From the NCBI GenBank assembly GCA_965222375.1, contig CBDCTZ010000016.1, positions 1,760,001 through 1,824,000 of the forward strand: DNA of 64,000 bases, written 5' to 3'. The notes beneath the pieces are model-generated. The model ran no database searches and was not told the DNA's origin. It was given only the letters and a program-made list of their open reading frames with translations. The position numbers were made by a program, and so were the translations under genes. Shown in pieces: positions 16,031-26,493 of the stretch (positions within the stretch are counted from its first letter, which is position 1; each line of letters begins with the position of its first letter). Source of the DNA: Polyangiaceae bacterium. GTDB lineage: Bacteria; Myxococcota_A; Polyangia; Polyangiales; Polyangiaceae.

Positions 16031-18136
16031 CTACGGGACCAGAATTGCGAGCGCCTGCCGCAAGAGTGTAGCCAGGTGCTCGGCGCGCGGGCCGCGAGTG
16101 TCACCTCGACACGCCAGCGCAGCTACAGCCTTCTTCGACTCTCCGCGCCGAAAGCCCATGTTCGTCAGGGCGCTGACAAGCTTGGATTCCACATCGGCCG
16201 AGTTCACGCGGGCTTGGTCGCGCACTTCGCGACCCCGCGAGGTCTCCGCGTCCAGATCGGCAGCTCCGCCTGCCGCATGCTCGAGGGAGCGGAATGACTG
16301 ATTGGCGCGGAGTTCACAGGCGTCGTCCACGCGGCAGCTAGACGCGTCGGTCGGCACGACTTCGTCGGCACTGCTTGTGCGGCAGTTCGGCGTGTCGGTT
16401 GAGATGATTTCGTCGGCGCTGCTTGTGCGGCGGCTCAGCGCGCCGGTTGAGATGATTTCGTCGCTGCTTGTGTGGCAGTTCGGCATGTCGGTTGAGATGA
16501 TTTCGTCGGCGCTGCTTGTGTGGCAGTTCGGCGTGTCGGTTGAGATGATTTCGTCGGCGCTGCTTGTGCGGCGGCTCAGCGCGCCGGTTGACGCAGGTTC
16601 GTCGGCGCTGCTTGTGCGGCGGCTCAGCGCGCCGGTTGACGCAGGTTCGTCGGCACTGCTTGTGCGGCAGTTCGGCGTGTCGGTTGAGATGATTTCGTCG
16701 GCGCTGCTTGTGCGGCGGCTCAGCGCGCCGGTTGACGCAGGTTCGTCGGCGCTGCTTGTGCGGCGGCTCAGCGCGCCGGTTGACGCAGGTTCGTCGGCGC
16801 TGCTTGTGTGGCAGTTCGAAGCGTCCGGGGTCGGGGGGGTGTTGGCGTCACTTTGCTGGCAGTTCGAAGCGTCCGGGGTCGGGGGGGTGTTGGCGTCACT
16901 TTGCTGGCAGTTCGAAGCGTCCGGGGTCGGGGGGGTGTTGGCGTCACTTTGCCGGCAGGTCAGCGCGTCGGGTGCCGCGGGAAGTTCAGCGTTGGTCTGT
17001 TCAAGCGCGCTCCGCGACTGTCTGTCCAACCTCTGCTGGCGAAGGCGAATTCTGCTCTCGACGTATTTTCGTCCGAAGACCTTCTCGGCCTCGAATAAGT
17101 TGTGCGCGCGGCATAGCAGACGTCCGTTGCGAGTCGTGCCAGCGCCACCACAGGCGCGCGGGTCTTCGTGGTCGAGCTGCACGAACGCGCGTGCCTGGCA
17201 GCGTTCTCCGTTTGGCGACGTGTACGTACACTGCTCGCCATCGCGCTCGTAGATCTCCCTGCGGGCCTGGCGGGAGAAGTCGCCGTGCTTGGTTCCAGTA
17301 GAACGCCGCGGCCGGTCAGTCTTGCCGAGCTTCTTCTTTTCCAGCTCTGCCAGCACCAAGTCGAGCCCCCGCTCGATGACCGTTGCCAAGTCTCGTTTCG
17401 GATTCGAGTGGCTCATCAAGTCGAGGGCGCGCTCGAGCTTGTCCTTGAAGGACGTGCCGGCAGAAAACTGGATGTGAAAACGCTGCGCGGAAAGCGGTGA
17501 CACGCGGGGCCTGGGCTCATGGAGTTCAACGGTCGCCACTCGCGAAGCTCCGGCAGCCGATTGGCCCGCAGCGGCGAGGGCAACGGCCGCCGGCCCAGAG
17601 TCCGCCACATTCGACTGGCCCGCCGCCGCGCCACCGGATTGGCCCGCAACAGCGGTATTGCCTCCGAGCTGGGCTTGGACGAACACTGGGCAGATCGCGT
17701 CTGCCACATCTGGCCTCGGGAAGCGTGAGCGGATCAAAAGTTCGACCTCGGCTTTGCTCTTGTCGCAGGCCGCTGCGAGCAACTCGGCGTGGTTTTCGAC
17801 GGAAAGGTACGTCTGCAACATGCTGAGCGCTGTCACGTGGATTCGTCCTTCTCGCAGCAGGTCCAGGACCATCGGATAGCTGCGTGCAATCCGAGCTGCT
17901 GCAAGGTGCCGATGCGCACTGCCCTCGCTGAGCTTCAGCTTGCGGCAGCAGAACTCGTACATGGAGGAACACGCCTCCCTCAGCTCCAACCGCCGTGCTT
18001 CCACCTCGCCGAGGTACGCCACGAGCTGTGCCGTGATCCTACGCCGGGAGCCAATCACGCTGCCCAAGTTCGCCAGGACTTCATCGTCCGAGAGATGAGC
18101 CATTCGCTTCGAGGTTCCCGACGATGTGAGTTTCAT
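16031..18136 (-). CDS. HNH endonuclease-domain protein (DUF222-like N-terminus, internal repeats, RuvA C-terminal-like end)
   Basis: Zn-HNH motif CTYTSPNGERC...LDHEDPRACGG...RLLCRAHN; C-terminus LVSALTNMGFRRGESKKAV...LLRQALAIL resembles RuvA domain III. Confidence 0.8.
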   Translation of the reverse strand: MKLTSSGTSKRMAHLSDDEVLANLGSVIGSRRRITAQLVAYLGEVEARRLELREACSSMYEFCCRKLKLSEGSAHRHLAAARIARSYPMVLDLLREGRIHVTALSMLQTYLSVENHAELLAAACDKSKAEVELLIRSRFPRPDVADAICPVFVQAQLGGNTAVAGQSGGAAAGQSNVADSGPAAVALAAAGQSAAGASRVATVELHEPRPRVSPLSAQRFHIQFSAGTSFKDKLERALDLMSHSNPKRDLATVIERGLDLVLAELEKKKLGKTDRPRRSTGTKHGDFSRQARREIYERDGEQCTYTSPNGERCQARAFVQLDHEDPRACGGAGTTRNGRLLCRAHNLFEAEKVFGRKYVESRIRLRQQRLDRQSRSALEQTNAELPAAPDALTCRQSDANTPPTPDASNCQQSDANTPPTPDASNCQQSDANTPPTPDASNCHTSSADEPASTGALSRRTSSADEPASTGALSRRTSSADEIISTDTPNCRTSSADEPASTGALSRRTSSADEPASTGALSRRTSSADEIISTDTPNCHTSSADEIISTDMPNCHTSSDEIISTGALSRRTSSADEIISTDTPNCRTSSADEVVPTDASSCRVDDACELRANQSFRSLEHAAGGAADLDAETSRGREVRDQARVNSADVESKLVSALTNMGFRRGESKKAVAALACRGDTRGPRAEHLATLLRQALAILVP
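16330..16955. repeat. In-frame 48-bp (16-aa) tandem array of about 13 units inside the HNH gene
   Basis: QSDANTPPTPDASNC(Q/H) x3, then TSSADE(PAS/IIS)T(GALSRR/DTPNCR)-type x10. Confidence 0.9.
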
Positions 18137-18523
18137 GCTTACTTGCCTAACACGCGTATTCTTGGCTTCTCAGCTGACCCGCTGCGTGGCGATCGCGCCG
18201 CCAACCGCCGCGCGAGCCGTCTCGCGCGTGAAACCGCACACGCGAGCCACCCACGCGCGGCACGCACGCACAAACTGTCGCGTCGCCGTTTCGCGCCGAT
18301 GCGCGTGCGAAAACCTGTCAAGAAGATTCGTAAGAAAAGATGCAGCCGTGCGGCGCAACCGAGACGACCCGAGCGTGAGACAGATGCGAATCGAGCAGCG
18401 GAAATGGCGACCCAGACCGATGCCCAACCTGGGCGCGAGACGATGCCCAAGGCCCGAGCATCGAGCGCCGAATACCCGACCTACGCGCCGCTCGCGCTCC
18501 ACGCCGTCGCATTGCTGTTCGAC

Positions 18524-18590
18524 CTCCACTGGCGAAGGCGAATTGCACTGTCGACGTACTCACCCGAACGCCTGCGCCGAACAAGCAGAC
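18524..18590 (-). pseudogene. Degenerate fragment of a second HNH-family gene copy
   Basis: DNA similar to 17031-17100 (CTGGCGAAGGCGAATT...TCGACGTA); translates AFG/EYVDSAIRLRQWR versus VFGRKYVESRIRLRQQR. Confidence 0.6.
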
Positions 18591-19090
18591 ATTCGCGGCG
18601 CCGGCGCCCCGGCGGAGGTGCGGATGTGGCGGGCCCCCATAGGCCCGCCCGCACCGCAGCCCCCACCAGTCGAGACGACGCCACCCGCCGGCGCGAACTT
18701 CCGCAACTCAGCATCGGTGTCGCCCGACAAGGTGTCCCACCCGGGGTGGGACACCGTACAGATTTTGCGCAACCAGGTCTTGCAGTGTGCCGAACAAGTT
18801 GCCCTCCCACCCTGGGACTTTTGTGTCTGCAGTTTGTTGCAGTCGCGCTCTCTCTACCAGCCTGCCGTCAAGCGGCGGACGCGCTTGACGCGATGGGGTC
18901 CTGTTTCCGGCCAACGCCGAGCGTCCTCGACCTCCGCCAAGAATACCTCGCGCCGATTGCAGGTGGCTCCCCTCCGCGTCCGCGAACTCGCGGGAACCGC
19001 GAAGAACTGTCGATGACGCGCTGAGCGGCACATCCCCAAGAAACAAACCAAGCTAAGTGTGGCCGAGGGTTGACACTTCGCTGTGAGCGA

Positions 19091-19636
19091 TCACCGTTCA
19101 AAACTCGCTAGTTCTCTTCGCCAGTAGCTCACAGCGGCGACAAACCCCAGCGCCCCGGTGGCGTAGAGCAAGGGCCAGCTGAGCGAGTGATGGAGCAGAA
19201 TGGCTGCGACGGCAGCGAACTGGAGCACCGTGGCGGCCTTGCCTAGGGCGTTGGCCTCGGGGGCTTCGGCTTTAGCCTTGCGGCGTGGGCGGCTGACGGC
19301 CCACCAGGCAACGAGGGGCGCTTCGCCAAGCTCGCGCATGCCCAGGAGCGCCACTCCGAGCAAGTTCAAGTGGTTGGTGAAGAACAGCGTGGCGACGACG
19401 GAAGTGGCGAAGAGCTTGTCGGTCAGGCCGTCGACGACCGCGCCGGCGGGCGTGGCCTGGTTGAAGCGCCGGGCAAGATAGCCGTCGAGCATGTCGCTGC
19501 CGCCGGCGAGGGCGAGGAGACCGAGGGCCACGCTGTGGTTTTCGATGACGAAGGGGAACGCGGCGGCCATGGGTGCGCGCAGGAAGCTCACCAGGCTGGG
19601 AGGAAGGAGGAGATCTCTGGCGCGGTAGTGCCCCAT
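19091..19636 (-). CDS. CDP-alcohol phosphatidyltransferase family protein
   Basis: Motif [11 protein letters not shown]...[10 protein letters not shown]; hydrophobic. Confidence 0.9.
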   Translation of the reverse strand: MGHYRARDLLLPPSLVSFLRAPMAAAFPFVIENHSVALGLLALAGGSDMLDGYLARRFNQATPAGAVVDGLTDKLFATSVVATLFFTNHLNLLGVALLGMRELGEAPLVAWWAVSRPRRKAKAEAPEANALGKAATVLQFAAVAAILLHHSLSWPLLYATGALGFVAAVSYWRRELASFER

Positions 19637-19665
19637 TTCCTTCGCTGAGAGGTACCATGCGCGGC

Positions 19666-21315
19666 ATGTCCACGCTTACAGAATCCGCCGCCTTCGTGGC
19701 CCTGCAGCAGCACAAAACGACCGTAGCCGAGGTGCCCGTGCGGGAGCTTTTCGCAAAGGACCCGAAGCGCTTCGAGAAGTACAGCATCCAGCTGGGTGAG
19801 GTGCTCTTCGACTACTCCAAACACCGCATCACCGACGAGACCCTCGGGCTGCTGTGCGCGTTGGCCAAGCAAGCGGGAGTACCCAAGGCCATTAGCGCTA
19901 TGTTTGCCGGAGACAAGATCAACGTCACTGAAGGGCGAGCAGTGCTGCACGTGGCTCTACGCAATCGTGTGGGCACTCCGATGCAGGTTGGCGGCGAAGA
20001 CGTGATGCCGAAGGTGCAAGCGGTCTTGGCGAAGATGCGAAGCTTCGTGGAGGCCCTGCATGCTGGAAAGTGGCAGGGTGCGACGGGACAAGCGCTGACC
20101 AACGTCGTGAACATTGGCATCGGTGGGTCCGACCTCGGACCCATGATGGTTACAGAAGCATTGAAGCCCTATTGGCGGGACGGAATGCAGGTGCACTTCG
20201 TTTCGAATGTGGATGGGACGCATTTGAGTGAGACGCTGAAGGGGCTCGACCCAGCGCGCACATTATTCTGCGTGGCTTCGAAGACGTTCACGACCCAGGA
20301 AACCCTCACCAACGCTCGCTCGGCGCGGAAGTGGTTGACGGACGCTTTGGGTGAAGGCGCTGTGCCGAAGCACTTCGTTGCCCTGTCGACCAACGAGGCT
20401 GCGGTGCGGGAGTTCGGCATCGATCCGGAGAACATGTTCGAGTTCTGGGACTGGGTCGGCGGACGTTTTTCGCTGTGGTCGGCGATTGGGATGTCCATCG
20501 CTTGCACGATCGGTATGGACAACTTCGAGGAACTCTTGGCCGGCGCTCACGATGCGGACCGGCATTTCGCTACCACAGACTTGGACAAGAACGTTCCCGT
20601 GCTGATGGCGCTGCTCGGGGCCTGGTACGCGAATTTTTGGGACGCCCACGCTCACGCCATCTTGCCCTACGACCAGTACATGCATCGCTTTGCCGCCTAC
20701 TTCCAACAGGGGGACATGGAGAGCAATGGAAAGGGGGTCACGAAGGATGGTCAACCCATCTCGGACTTCATGACTGGGCCCATCGTGTTCGGTGAACCCG
20801 GGACCAACGGGCAGCATGCCTTCTACCAATTGATTCATCAGGGCACGCGACTCGTGCCAGCGGACTTCATCGCGCCGGTGCATTCCCACAATCCGATCGG
20901 GGACCATCACAGGATCTTGCTGGCCAACTTCTTCGCGCAGACCGAAGCGTTGATGCGTGGCAAGACCGAAGCTGAGGCCCGCGCGGAGCTGGAGGCGCAG
21001 GGCATGGACGCCGCACGGCTGGCGGAGCTACTGCCCCACAAGGTCTTTCCCGGGAACCGACCGACCAGTTCGTTCTTGGTAGATCGCATCACGCCTCGGA
21101 CCCTGGGCACGTTGATTGCACTCTACGAGCACAAGATCTTCGTGCAGGGCGTGCTCTGGAACGTGAATAGCTTCGACCAATGGGGCGTGGAGCTCGGCAA
21201 ACAGTTGGCGAAGGCCATCTTGCCAGAACTCGACGGCGGCAGTCCGGTGCAAAGTCACGACAGCTCGACCAACGGCTTGATCAATCACTTCAAGGCGCGG
21301 CGCGCCGACCCTTGA
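19666..21315 (+). CDS. pgi: Glucose-6-phosphate isomerase
   Basis: [40 protein letters not shown]; 549 aa from the ATG at 19666. Confidence 0.97.
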   Translation: MSTLTESAAFVALQQHKTTVAEVPVRELFAKDPKRFEKYSIQLGEVLFDYSKHRITDETLGLLCALAKQAGVPKAISAMFAGDKINVTEGRAVLHVALRNRVGTPMQVGGEDVMPKVQAVLAKMRSFVEALHAGKWQGATGQALTNVVNIGIGGSDLGPMMVTEALKPYWRDGMQVHFVSNVDGTHLSETLKGLDPARTLFCVASKTFTTQETLTNARSARKWLTDALGEGAVPKHFVALSTNEAAVREFGIDPENMFEFWDWVGGRFSLWSAIGMSIACTIGMDNFEELLAGAHDADRHFATTDLDKNVPVLMALLGAWYANFWDAHAHAILPYDQYMHRFAAYFQQGDMESNGKGVTKDGQPISDFMTGPIVFGEPGTNGQHAFYQLIHQGTRLVPADFIAPVHSHNPIGDHHRILLANFFAQTEALMRGKTEAEARAELEAQGMDAARLAELLPHKVFPGNRPTSSFLVDRITPRTLGTLIALYEHKIFVQGVLWNVNSFDQWGVELGKQLAKAILPELDGGSPVQSHDSSTNGLINHFKARRADP

Positions 21316-21348
21316 GCCGGTTCGGCGCCCGTGGCAAGCATGGCGACC

Positions 21349-21669
21349 ATGGACGCAATTGTAGTTCTCTGCACCGCGCCCGCTGAAGGCGACGTCGCGG
21401 CGCAGCTCGCTCGCGGGCTGGTCGAGGAAAAGCTGGCCGCCTGCGTGAACATCGTGCCGGGCCTGTGGTCCTTCTACACTTGGAAGGGCAAGTTGGAGGA
21501 CGAGCAAGAAGTGCAGCTGTTGATCAAGACTCGGCGGGAGCACTTTCCGGCTTTGGAATCGTGGCTCAAGGAGCACCACCCTTACGACGAGCCGGAGATC
21601 CTCGCGCTGCCGGTGCTGCAAGGCTCTGCGAGCTACCTGGCCTGGCTCGAGGAGCAAACGGAGCGTTGA
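21349..21669 (+). CDS. cutA: Divalent-cation tolerance protein CutA
   Basis: LVEEKLAACVNI, YTWKGK, LLIKT, HPYDEPEILALP. Confidence 0.93.
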   Translation: MDAIVVLCTAPAEGDVAAQLARGLVEEKLAACVNIVPGLWSFYTWKGKLEDEQEVQLLIKTRREHFPALESWLKEHHPYDEPEILALPVLQGSASYLAWLEEQTER

Positions 21670-22080
21670 AGGGAACACCGGTGGCACAACGTATCTAGGT
21701 ATCCCTCGAGTGGACGAATCCGAAGGAGCTGTTCGAGGCGGGTGGTGAAACGGCGCGCTCCAATTTGTCACCGCATCCCTGACGGCTCATCGATCTGCTG
21801 CGTTTGGTGGTCCGCGAGCAGGCCAATTTGTGAATGCGTCGCCATCCGCGTCGAGGCCAAGGCGTGCAGCGCCTCCCACTCGTCAACGCTCGTACCGCGC
21901 CGCTTGGCCTGCCGTCGACCTCGCAACTGCCGCAGTCTCCTGGCCCAGCGGTTCGACGGAGGCTTAGAAGCTCGGCGCAACCTGCTGTGCCCCTACACTC
22001 GGCAGCGAATGTAGGCCTAGCACGACGCTACGGGGGTCAGGGAAGTCAGGGGCTGGCGGTTCGGGGTGGGGTTCCGCTCG

Positions 22081-22860
22081 CTAGTTGCAGAAGCCGAGCG
22101 TTCCGATTCCGGTAGCGTCGAAGGCCACGCAGGTCTCACCGCTTACGCAGTCGGAAACCGAGCAACAGTACTTCTTGCACGTTCCAGGTGGGGGCGTGGC
22201 GGCGTCGTTCTCCGGCACATCGCAGCCGTAGGTGGGGATGCACCAAGGCCCGTTAGTGGGATCCGTTCCGCACGCGGCACCCTTGGCAGCGGTGTTCGGG
22301 GGCGGATAGCACTCGAAGGCCACGCCCGTGGTAGCAGAGTCGCTGAAGTCGCACGCCACGCCGGTTCCGGTGCAGCCTTGGTTGTTAACCGGGTTGCACG
22401 CGGTGGGAATCCCGTCCGCGCACCCGGAAGGCAATGTGACAGTCGTGCCACCGGTGCCGCCGGTTGCGCCAGTGCCGCCGGTCGCGCCGAAGCCGCCGGT
22501 TGCGCCAGTGCCGCCGGTCGCGCCGAAGCCGCCGGTTGCGCCAGTGCCGCCGGTTGCGCCGAAGCCGCCAGTAGCGCCGAAGCCGCCGGTTGCGCCAGTG
22601 CCGCCGGTTGCGCCGAAGCCACCGGTCGCGCCCACGCCGCCGAAGTTCCCGGTTGCGCCTGACCCACCCGTTGCGCCGAGGCCGCCGAAGTTGCCACTGC
22701 CATCGACAACACGCCCTCCGGTTCCGCTTGCCGCACCGAAGCCGCCAGCGTTGCCGCCGCCATCGAGCCCACCCCCGCCGCCCCCGCTGCTCGAACATGC
22801 GGTGGCCGAGCCGACGACCGCAACACCGACGATGAGCCCCGCGTAAACTAAGTGTCTCAT
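22081..22860 (-). CDS. Gly-rich repeat lipoprotein with Cys-rich C-terminal domain
   Basis: GAGGAGG RBS, MRHLVYAG...ATAC lipobox, (GGFGAT/GGTGAT)n linker, CNPVNNQGC...CKKYCC...C domain. Confidence 0.8.
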   Translation of the reverse strand: MRHLVYAGLIVGVAVVGSATACSSSGGGGGGLDGGGNAGGFGAASGTGGRVVDGSGNFGGLGATGGSGATGNFGGVGATGGFGATGGTGATGGFGATGGFGATGGTGATGGFGATGGTGATGGFGATGGTGATGGTGGTTVTLPSGCADGIPTACNPVNNQGCTGTGVACDFSDSATTGVAFECYPPPNTAAKGAACGTDPTNGPWCIPTYGCDVPENDAATPPPGTCKKYCCSVSDCVSGETCVAFDATGIGTLGFCN

Positions 22861-22958
22861 GTGAACTGCCTCCTCAGACGGATACGGACGAAGCGTCAGG
22901 CGTCCTAGCACGCTATGCCCGCTCGTTCCATGCGCACCCCTCAACAAATCCCAGCGGA

Positions 22959-24287
22959 CTACGTGCCGCCCTGGGCTGCCGCGTGCTTTTCCACGGTCTC
23001 CCAGACTCGCAACACGTTCTTGGAACAGATCATCTCGATCTCTTCGTCGCTGTAGCCGCGTTTGAGTAGGGCGCGGATCAAGTTCGGGTACTGGGAGACG
23101 TCCTTGAGCTCTTCGGGCAGTGAATCTCCTACACCGTCGAAGTCAGAGCCTAGGCCGACGTGCTCGACGCCGACGAGCTTCTTCACGTGGTCGATGTGAT
23201 CGACGACCTGGTCGAGTTTGGCAAACTTCTTCTCGAACTGTTCCCAGAACTGTTTCTTGATGGGCTTGGCACGCTTATCCGACCAGCCGAGCTTCTTCTT
23301 TTTTAGCAATGCGCCGAGTTTGGCGTATCGCCCCGAGGCCTGTTTCTGGATCTTCTCGTCCAGGAAGCCGGAGCCAAAGTTGATCTGGATGACGCCGCCC
23401 TTGGCGGCAAGCTTGCGGATCATTTCGTCGCTCATGTTGCGCTGCCACCCGGGGGTGAAGTGTCGGCAGGACGAGTGGGAAGCGATGACTGGGACCTTGG
23501 AGACTCGCATCACGTCCTCGAAGGCCTGGTCGGAGATGTGGGAAACGTCGACGAGGATGCCCAGTCGGTTCATTTCTGTGACGACCTTCTCTCCAAACGC
23601 GCTCAAGCCACCATGGGTATTGCGAGTGTCGTAGGAAGAGTCGCTGATGTGGTTGTCCTTGGAGTGGGCCAGGGTGATGTAGCGAATGCCTCGCTCGTGG
23701 AAGTACTTGACGTTGTCCAGCTTGCGCTCCACTGGAGAGCCGTTCTCCATGCCCAGTAGCACGGCGACTTTGCCGGCGCTGAAGGCCTGCCGCACTTCCG
23801 TGGTGCTCGTGGCAATGGTCATGGCACCGTCGCTCTGATCCACGATGCTCTGAACCATGTCGATCAGACTGTTCGCTAGCTTCTTGGCACCGCCCGTTTC
23901 GTAGCGCGCGGGGATGTAGACGCTGAAGAAGGGCGCGTCGAGGCCGCCTTTCTGAGCTCGCGGCAGATCGAAGTCTCCCTTTTCGGTTCGCTTCAGGATG
24001 TTCTCGGTCAGATTGCCTGCGTTGTCCTTGCTTTGCTCCAGGCGGTAGGGCACGTCGATGTGGCCGTCCAAGATGATGAACTTGTGGGCTAGCTTGTCGG
24101 CGTGGCGCTGGAATTCCGCCGGCGTCTTCGGGCGGGGCTGTTTGGCGGGAGCCACGGACGCGGCACTGCTCACGCTCTTGGCGGAGGCGGCGCTTGGTTT
24201 GGCACTAGTTGGGGCAGCGGGTTCGTTGGGCGATTGTTCACAGGCAAGCAAGAGCAGTGGGGACAGAAGGGCAGTCCGAATACGCAT
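22959..24287 (-). CDS. Membrane dipeptidase (peptidase M19) lipoprotein
   Basis: DGHID, GMENG, YITLAH, VDVSH, ASHS, GLGSDFDG motifs; LLLAC lipobox. Confidence 0.92.
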   Translation of the reverse strand: MRIRTALLSPLLLLACEQSPNEPAAPTSAKPSAASAKSVSSAASVAPAKQPRPKTPAEFQRHADKLAHKFIILDGHIDVPYRLEQSKDNAGNLTENILKRTEKGDFDLPRAQKGGLDAPFFSVYIPARYETGGAKKLANSLIDMVQSIVDQSDGAMTIATSTTEVRQAFSAGKVAVLLGMENGSPVERKLDNVKYFHERGIRYITLAHSKDNHISDSSYDTRNTHGGLSAFGEKVVTEMNRLGILVDVSHISDQAFEDVMRVSKVPVIASHSSCRHFTPGWQRNMSDEMIRKLAAKGGVIQINFGSGFLDEKIQKQASGRYAKLGALLKKKKLGWSDKRAKPIKKQFWEQFEKKFAKLDQVVDHIDHVKKLVGVEHVGLGSDFDGVGDSLPEELKDVSQYPNLIRALLKRGYSDEEIEMICSKNVLRVWETVEKHAAAQGGT

Positions 24288-24398
24288 GCGCCGGAAGGTT
24301 GCATAGCGCGGGGGGCAATACCAAGGGGCTGCCCGAGCGACGGACGACCGGCACGGAGTTTGCACAGTCACTGGAAGCACCAGCCGGAGTGAACGGAA

Positions 24399-25445
24399 AT
24401 GCCCAAGAATCGCGACGATGGACCCAAGCCCGCACCTTCCGGGCGCCAACCCGGAGTTGGCGGCAGCTTGCTCGCTTGCTCGCTCGCTGTCGGTGCCATG
24501 GTGCTTGTGGCGTGCTCGAGTGACGACTCTGCGGGACCGGGTAGTGCGGGGGCTGCTGGGGCGAGCGGTGGGTCGGGCGCGGTAGCTGGCGTGGGGGGAA
24601 CCGCGGGGGTAGTGGGCACTAGCGGGGCCGGCGGATTGGCGGGCGCCGCATCGGGAGGCGTGGGCGGCGGCGCAGGCAGCGGCGGATCTTCGGGTAGTGG
24701 CGGAAGTGCCGGCTCGGCGGGTAGTGGCGGCGGTGCTTCTGGTGGTGCGGCGGGCTCCGGTGGTTCCGCTGGCAGTGGTGGGTCTGGTGGCGGTTCTGGC
24801 GGCGGGGCGTGTGTGAGCGAGTCTTTCAACTGGCAATACACGTCGACGAAGACCGCACCCATGAAGCTCGTGCCTATGAAGCTGCAAACGGGTGTCGAGT
24901 ACAAAACTCTGTCGGTGGAGTTCGAGGTCAAGACCACGAACTGGTCAGGGCAGTGCTACAATACGTACTACTCACCGCCGAAGCTGGGTTCGAAGTTCTT
25001 CCACTTCTTCGACGTGCGCAGGGGCAGCAAGTGGTGCAATGGCTTTTTGACCGCTGCCTACCGCAACCCGCCTGCTTCGCAGTATTGGTCCCGCACCCTG
25101 CATGGCAACGCCGTGGGCAAGTGCTCGGGCGTGCAGACTCACGACATCATTCCTCTGACCAAACATGGCTTCACGAAAGACGCCTGGAACAAGTACAAGA
25201 TGGTCTACGATGCGAATGCCGGCAAACTGACGGCAACGGTCGGCTCCAAGGTGCTTACGGGCAACACTCTGAAGAGCGAGAAACTGGTCGCCACCTCGAA
25301 GTATTCGATGAACCTGGTGTTCGGCTACGAGGTGTCCCTGGAGTGTTACAACGCCCAAGGGCAACCGAGTGGCAGCGCCGAGTGCTGTCACGTCCCGTCG
25401 ATTGGCGACTCTTATCGCAAGGCGAAGTACACGGCTTGCCCCTAG
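24399..25445 (+). CDS. Gly-rich lipoprotein with beta-rich, Cys-containing C-terminal domain
   Basis: VLVAC lipobox, GGSG linker, then a ~210-aa aromatic/Lys-rich domain. Confidence 0.7.
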   Translation: MPKNRDDGPKPAPSGRQPGVGGSLLACSLAVGAMVLVACSSDDSAGPGSAGAAGASGGSGAVAGVGGTAGVVGTSGAGGLAGAASGGVGGGAGSGGSSGSGGSAGSAGSGGGASGGAAGSGGSAGSGGSGGGSGGGACVSESFNWQYTSTKTAPMKLVPMKLQTGVEYKTLSVEFEVKTTNWSGQCYNTYYSPPKLGSKFFHFFDVRRGSKWCNGFLTAAYRNPPASQYWSRTLHGNAVGKCSGVQTHDIIPLTKHGFTKDAWNKYKMVYDANAGKLTATVGSKVLTGNTLKSEKLVATSKYSMNLVFGYEVSLECYNAQGQPSGSAECCHVPSIGDSYRKAKYTACP

Positions 25446-25455
25446 ACGGGGGACG

Positions 25456-26493
25456 TCAGAACAAGGGCGCGCTGAAGACGGCTTGCCCGCCGCCAGGCAA
25501 CGGCGTGAAGCCAAAGCGCAGGCCGGAAGCACCCAGAAATCGCCTACGGCGCGCGCTGTCCTTTTCTTGTTCGTTCAGGACCCAGAGCACTGCGGCGGTA
25601 CCGATGGCTGCACCCCCGACCCCGAGCAACACACCGCCTACTACACGGGAAGTCTGCCCCTGATCGACCAGGTCGTTGAACTCGGCCTCTTTCTGCTTGA
25701 TGTCTGGATCGTTGCTGTTGCACGGGCACACATCTTCGGCATCGGAGAACTTGCTCTGCGCCTGCAGGAAGAAGAAGCCCCCGCCAAGGGCCGCAGCTAT
25801 CCCGACACCGCCGAGAATGATCGATGCCATGGGAGGCCCCGAGCTTGGACCGGGCACGCCCGTGTCGATTCCCCCCGTGGCCTCACCCGAACCTCCGGAC
25901 GTGCTGCCCGCGCCAGCAGCTGAGTCTTTCGCAACCAGCTCGACCTGCACCTCCACGCGATCTCCAATGCGAGGGGTCAAGGAGCGCTCATAGTTTTCGT
26001 AGCCCGGCGCGATGACCATGAGCTGTCGCCTGCCCGGGTTCACTTCCAGGCTTCCGTTGGCGTCGAGCTCGACGATTCGGCCGTCAATGCGGACTTCCAC
26101 CCCGTTCACTGGAGGGGTTATCTCCACGCTGAGCTGGGGCACTTTGCCCTCTAGATCACCCAAGGATGCTTCCGCCGCGTTGGCCACGGGTGGGAGCTTT
26201 TCTTGCTTGGCCCGTTCCAATGCCTGAGTGAAGTGCAGCTTCGCGTCGGCGAGGGCGCCGAGGTTGCGCTCGGCTTGCGCCAGGTTGAACAGCCGTGTCG
26301 CTGTGGGTGCAGTCGTCACGAGCTCTCGCAGCACTTGGGCGGCTTCTAGCCAGCGACCCTGGCCCATATGCTCAGCGGCCTTCTTGTCCTGGCTGGTGAC
26401 CTTGCCTTGGGCATGGGCCAGTTGCGGAGTGAGCGCCAAGGAAGCGGCGAGCAGGCACGAAGCGAAGCGAAACACTCGAGAAGGGTAGAACAA
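25456..26493 (-). CDS. TPR + PEGA domain protein
   Basis: Signal peptide, TPR (LFNLAQAERNLG), PEGA-like VRIDG...VNPGRRQLMVIAPGY, C-terminal hydrophobic hairpin. Confidence 0.85.
   Translation of the reverse strand: MFYPSRVFRFASCLLAASLALTPQLAHAQGKVTSQDKKAAEHMGQGRWLEAAQVLRELVTTAPTATRLFNLAQAERNLGALADAKLHFTQALERAKQEKLPPVANAAEASLGDLEGKVPQLSVEITPPVNGVEVRIDGRIVELDANGSLEVNPGRRQLMVIAPGYENYERSLTPRIGDRVEVQVELVAKDSAAGAGSTSGGSGEATGGIDTGVPGPSSGPPMASIILGGVGIAAALGGGFFFLQAQSKFSDAEDVCPCNSNDPDIKQKEAEFNDLVDQGQTSRVVGGVLLGVGGAAIGTAAVLWVLNEQEKDSARRRRFLGASGLRFGFTPLPGGGQAVFSAPLF

Noticed and set aside
16330..16955. Possible CRISPR array (48-bp period)
   Set aside because: In-frame coding repeats whose variable parts recur rather than being unique spacers.
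18990..19040. tmRNA-like 5' end on the minus strand (GGGGATGT...TCGAC)
   Set aside because: Spacing does not fit and no matching tRNA-like 3' end was found.
21768..21980. Small minus-strand ORF (70 aa)
   Set aside because: TTG start and no recognisable motif; cannot be supported, although not excluded.
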